Shown here piece by piece: positions 63,101-64,000 of a stretch of 64,000 nucleotides of DNA (the first letter of the stretch is position 1; each line of letters begins with the position of its first letter). The stretch covers positions 524,132 through 588,131 of the forward strand of contig NW_003314366.1 in NCBI RefSeq assembly GCF_000143415.4, read 5' to 3'. A program made the translations under genes and the position numbers. The stretch is from Selaginella moellendorffii (lineage: Eukaryota; Plantae; Lycopodiophyta). A model generated the notes under the pieces. The model saw only the letters and a program-made list of their open reading frames with translations. It ran no database searches and was not told where the DNA came from.

Positions 63101-64000
63101 CGCGTCGAAGAAGGACAAACAGACAAGCAATAGGAAAAAAGGAGGTACAAATTATATTTGCAATGGCGTGTGGTCTCATGCCATTCCTTGCAGGAGACAC
63201 TTCTTCAAAGGCAAAACAGGCAAGCACCAGCCAAGCTCAAACTGACAGTGGTCATAAAAAGCGAAAGCACGTTGGACAGTCGTCGGGATCAGAGGCGTTT
63301 GATTCGAAAAGGAAGAAGGGCAACGAAAAGATGATAGGTAATGCCTCGCGGTTATGGCGTGTGTGCTCATGCCATTCATTGCAGATCAAGGGCTGAGTAA
63401 AAGGAGCCAGTCACCACCTTCTGACTCAGATTCCTATGGCGGACTCCCCTTCCCCAATCTCAATGGAGAGGTACAATGGATGAGGGATGCTTTTCAAGTC
63501 AGGGCCACGTTTTTCTCATCTCGTCGTCTTCGAAGGGTGCAAGAACGTGCAGAAACCATGTTAAGACAGTCGCGTGAGGATACGGTCCTAGGTCAAGCAC
63601 TAAAACAGGCTATGGATGTCTTGTATTTTGAGATGGAGACTCGGCCAGATGATTTTCCCAAGATGGTCCTGGAAAAACAAGCCATCCAGCCTGAGCAGCC
63701 TATGGAAGAAATGCAGGAGGGGGATGAGGAGCCAGAGAAAGATAATGAGCAGGAAGAGCAGAAGGACGAAGAGGAGGACAAAGAAGAGGAGGACGAAGAA
63801 GAGGAGGACGAAGAGGACTTGGATGGTCCTCACAATGGTGACGATCACAATAACGACGATGACGATGATGACGACGATGGCCAGCCTGAGGTGGCCAAAG
63901 AGCAGCGGAGGAAGGTCATACAAGACAAACCATCAGGTAAATAATAGTACATCCATTCCTAACCTTTTACCATTTCTAACATTGTCCATGTAGGTCGCAG
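60111..64000 (+). CDS. Multi-exon, apparently intact gene: ParB/Srx-like domain, degenerate beta-class DNA methyltransferase-like region, basic and acidic tail; continues past the window
   Basis: ATG 60111-60113, introns 60114-60352, 61532-61585, 62895-62944, 63017-63072, 63145-63193, 63338-63384, 63937-63993 all keep frame; NHRLVSDEWVEKLKQKM and FYAVSGQHS; KCVVEYNCGGLFFRAALLKGVPCVAV. Confidence 0.8.

Larger units (their letters stand above)
52995..63375. repeat. Dispersed 22-bp palindrome family ATGGCRTGWGGCCWCAYGCCAT, ~25 copies
   Basis: Approximate starts 52995, 53084, 53491, 53684, 53844, 53990, 55332, 55389, 57235, 57305, 57403, 58018, 58054, 58126, 58976, 59055, 59214, 59349, 60139, 60216, 60276, 61553, 63022, 63163, 63354 (some are half or degenerate sites). 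Confidence 0.92.
52455..64000. mobile_element. Large DNA transposon (DUF7869/Sola1-like transposase plus ParB-like gene), runs out of the window
   Basis: Begins where LTR homology ends (after TTAA at 52451-52454); two divergent genes; unified by a 22-bp palindrome family; far end and TIR not visible. Confidence 0.7.

Noticed and set aside
52995-63375. CRISPR array or MITE/introner family for the 22-bp palindromes
   Set aside because: Spacing is irregular, there are no cas genes, no TSDs flank the copies, and host introns share only the motif

Overview
Eukaryotic, transposon-saturated plant DNA. The 47-66 bp introns, tRNA-iMet-primed chromoviruses and CCCTAAA-type motifs fit a small-intron land plant such as Selaginella (inference). 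Contents: (1) 988-9470, a decayed Mutator-like element with a GCM-like/MULE/SWIM transposase (+) head-to-head with a ParB-like (DGNHR) gene (-); (2) 9.5-31 kb, decayed Ty3 remnants, three assembly gaps and an AT-rich bulb-lectin chimera with one internal stop; (3) two young, convergent, full-length chromodomain Ty3/Gypsy elements (32560-40094 +, 42625-50155 -) nested in an older related LTR family; (4) ~52455 to the window end, a DNA transposon with a DUF7869/Sola1-like DDD transposase (-) head-to-head with a ParB-like + degenerate methyltransferase-fold gene (+). Two candidate novel systems stand out. First, the right-hand transposon carries ~25 copies of a 22-bp palindrome (ATGGCRTGWGGCCWCAYGCCAT) confined to its introns and non-coding DNA, suggesting a ParB/parS-like self-recognition system. 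Second, both Ty3 copies have two spliceosomal-type introns inside integrase plus a candidate intron that removes the primer-binding site, which would separate translatable mRNA from replicable genomic RNA. All calls are by eye; no database search or expression data were available.
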